Source of the DNA: an uncultured bacterium
Lineage (GTDB): Bacteria > Krumholzibacteriota > Krumholzibacteriia > Krumholzibacteriales > Krumholzibacteriaceae
NCBI GenBank assembly: GCA_963786935.1
Contig: CAWBAN010000001.1
Span: 1,345,566 to 1,409,565 of the forward strand
DNA: 64,000 bases
Reading direction: 5' to 3'
Shown here piece after piece: positions 62,736 to 64,000 of this stretch (positions within the stretch are counted from its first letter, which is position 1; every line of letters begins with the position of its first letter). A program made the translations under genes and the position numbers. The notes under the pieces were generated by a model. The model worked only from the letters and a program-made list of their open reading frames with translations, did no database searches and was not told the origin of the DNA.

Positions 62736-62773
62736 GAGCGGGTGTTTTACCCCCATCCCACAATCCCTTCTTG
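62736..62773. terminator. perfect 10-bp inverted repeat hairpin (GATGGCGGCC-N10-GGCCGCCATC) followed by T5 on the plus strand
   Basis: Direct inspection; lies between two minus-strand genes, so the T-tract is on the unexpected side. Confidence 0.35.
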
Positions 62774-62863
62774 CGGATGGCGGCCTCCCCCAAAAGGCCG
62801 CCATCATCTTTTTCGGCCCCGGGGAGGCGCCCGCCCGCGGCGCCGGCTTCGTGAAAACGGCGC

Positions 62864-63868
62864 TCATGCCTGCCGCTTCAGGCTCCGCTCGTCGGGCACG
62901 CTTTCGAGGATCTTGAGATAGCTCTCGAACCGCCCGCGCGCGATGTCCCCCCGCTCGACCGCGTCCTTCACGGCGCAATCGGGCTCGTGACTGTGCGTGC
63001 AGGTCGCGAAGCGGCAGCCGTCGCGGTACGGGGCGAAATCGCGGAAGAATCCCGCAAGCTTCTCCTTCGACACGCCCCAGATGCCGAACTCCCGGACTCC
63101 CGGCGTGTCGCCGAGGTACCCGCCCCGCGCGAGGGGATGAATCTCGAAATGGCTCGTCGTATGCGTCCCCTTGCCGGTCCGCGCGCTCACGCTTCCCACG
63201 GCCAGCTCGAGGCCGGGCTGCACGCGGGAGACGAGCGAGCTCTTCCCGCTCCCCGAAGGCCCCGTGAAGATCGAGAGCTTGCCGGCGAGCGCCCCCGCGA
63301 GCTCGTCGACTCCTTCCCCGGTGCGGGCGCTCGCGCAGACGCACGCGTACCCCATCGTCCGGTAGGGGGCGAGCGACTCGTCGATGCCGGAGCGGGCATC
63401 GGCGAGATCCATCTTGTTGACGCAGATGAGCGCATCCATGGAGCCGCACGACGCCGAGACGAGCATGCGGTCGAGGAGCCGCAGGTTCAGCGCGGGCTCC
63501 TTCACCGCGAAGACGAGGATCGTCTGATCCATGTTGGCGCCGAGGATCCGGTATCCCTTCCGCTGCGACGGATCGGTCCGTGCGAGGATCGACCGCCGGG
63601 CCTCGAGCTCGACGATCACCCCCTGCCGCGCACCGCCGCCGCGCTCGACCCTGACCTGCACGATGTCGCCGACGACGGGCAGCACTTCCTCGGGCACGCT
63701 CCCGAGACGAAACCGCCCGCGGAGCGAGCAACGAATCTCCCCGGAGCCGGTTTCGACGAAGAACGCCGCACCCTTGCCCCGAACGACGAGCCCTCGAATG
63801 ATCTCCATAGCCTCCATGGCGCGAACATCCCTTTCCCGCGCGCGAAAATCCCTCATCGAGCGTAGCAA
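62864..63868 (-). CDS. rsgA: ribosome small-subunit-dependent GTPase A
   Basis: NKMDL, GPSGSGKSSL and C-terminal Cys-His zinc cluster (CRFATCTHSHEPDC). Confidence 0.85.
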   Translation of the reverse strand: MLRSMRDFRARERDVRAMEAMEIIRGLVVRGKGAAFFVETGSGEIRCSLRGRFRLGSVPEEVLPVVGDIVQVRVERGGGARQGVIVELEARRSILARTDPSQRKGYRILGANMDQTILVFAVKEPALNLRLLDRMLVSASCGSMDALICVNKMDLADARSGIDESLAPYRTMGYACVCASARTGEGVDELAGALAGKLSIFTGPSGSGKSSLVSRVQPGLELAVGSVSARTGKGTHTTSHFEIHPLARGGYLGDTPGVREFGIWGVSKEKLAGFFRDFAPYRDGCRFATCTHSHEPDCAVKDAVERGDIARGRFESYLKILESVPDERSLKRQA

Positions 63869-63938
63869 AATTATTTTCCCCTAAAAAGGTGAAATTGTTA
63901 TAGAATGTTCAACGGGGCATGCTATATTATGAGGAGTA

Positions 63939-64000
63939 TGGAAGCAAGCAAGCTGATTTCGTTCTTCGAAGAGGATCTTTGCATATTTCATCTCCGGTCG
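63939..64000 (+). CDS. 5' end of an unidentified ORF with AT-rich codon usage (partial)
   Basis: GAGGAG SD then ATG GAA GCA AGC AAG CTG ATT TCG TTC TTC GAA...; the surrounding 130 bp are far below the window's GC content. Confidence 0.3.

Overview
This is a high-GC (~70%) bacterial chromosomal window. Genes are densely packed and almost all lie on the minus strand from ~0.1 kb to ~52.4 kb. Two plus-strand islands interrupt this, at 42.2-43.5 kb and 52.6-61.6 kb. Most ORFs in the six-frame track are Arg/Ala-rich antisense artefacts of the high GC content; real genes were recognised by conserved protein motifs. Minus-strand core and cell-envelope content: HU and IHF-like DNA-binding proteins; an lptD-like LPS-assembly outer-membrane protein; ROK kinase, folC and punA; a rimI-tsaB-tsaE operon; a PorX/PorY-like two-component pair, namely a REC+PglZ response regulator next to a histidine kinase; serS; and a divergent hemC-like gene. 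This is followed by a surface-glycan biosynthesis locus (wecA-like GT4, wzx-like flippase, wecB, rfbB, ugd and two tandem Gmd/Rmd-like epimerases) behind a strong sigma70-type promoter. Next comes a complete pyrimidine operon, pyrR-pyrB-pyrC-(TPR lipoprotein)-pyrK-pyrD-pyrF-arsB-like permease, with a recognisable PyrR-binding attenuator and terminator in the pyrR leader. After that come larB/larC, dus, ctpA, tmk, pgsA, rsmI and ltaE, then a queD-queC-(conserved hypothetical)-queE operon, a GT9 heptosyltransferase and rsgA. The plus-strand island at 52.6-61.6 kb looks like a Ser/Thr phospho-signalling operon. It encodes a giant TPR protein, a coiled-coil/TPR protein, FHA-domain protein(s), a calcineurin-like phosphatase and a Hanks kinase with a PEGA ectodomain. 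Unusual items include a lipoprotein that fuses a 5'-nucleotidase-like metallophosphoesterase domain to a tetraheme cytochrome c and carries an in-frame TGA, and a PyrR with a histone-like Lys-rich tail. Several conserved genes (lptD, wzx, wecB, the DMT transporter, tmk, pgsA, the FHA gene) show apparent frameshifts that sit exactly on homopolymer runs. These look like sequencing/assembly indels rather than true pseudogenes. No CRISPR array, rRNA or convincing tRNA was found. The last ~130 bp are strikingly AT-rich and begin a new plus-strand ORF with atypical codon usage. A likely source is an FCB-group or similar high-GC environmental lineage, from a draft or metagenome-assembled genome (inference only).
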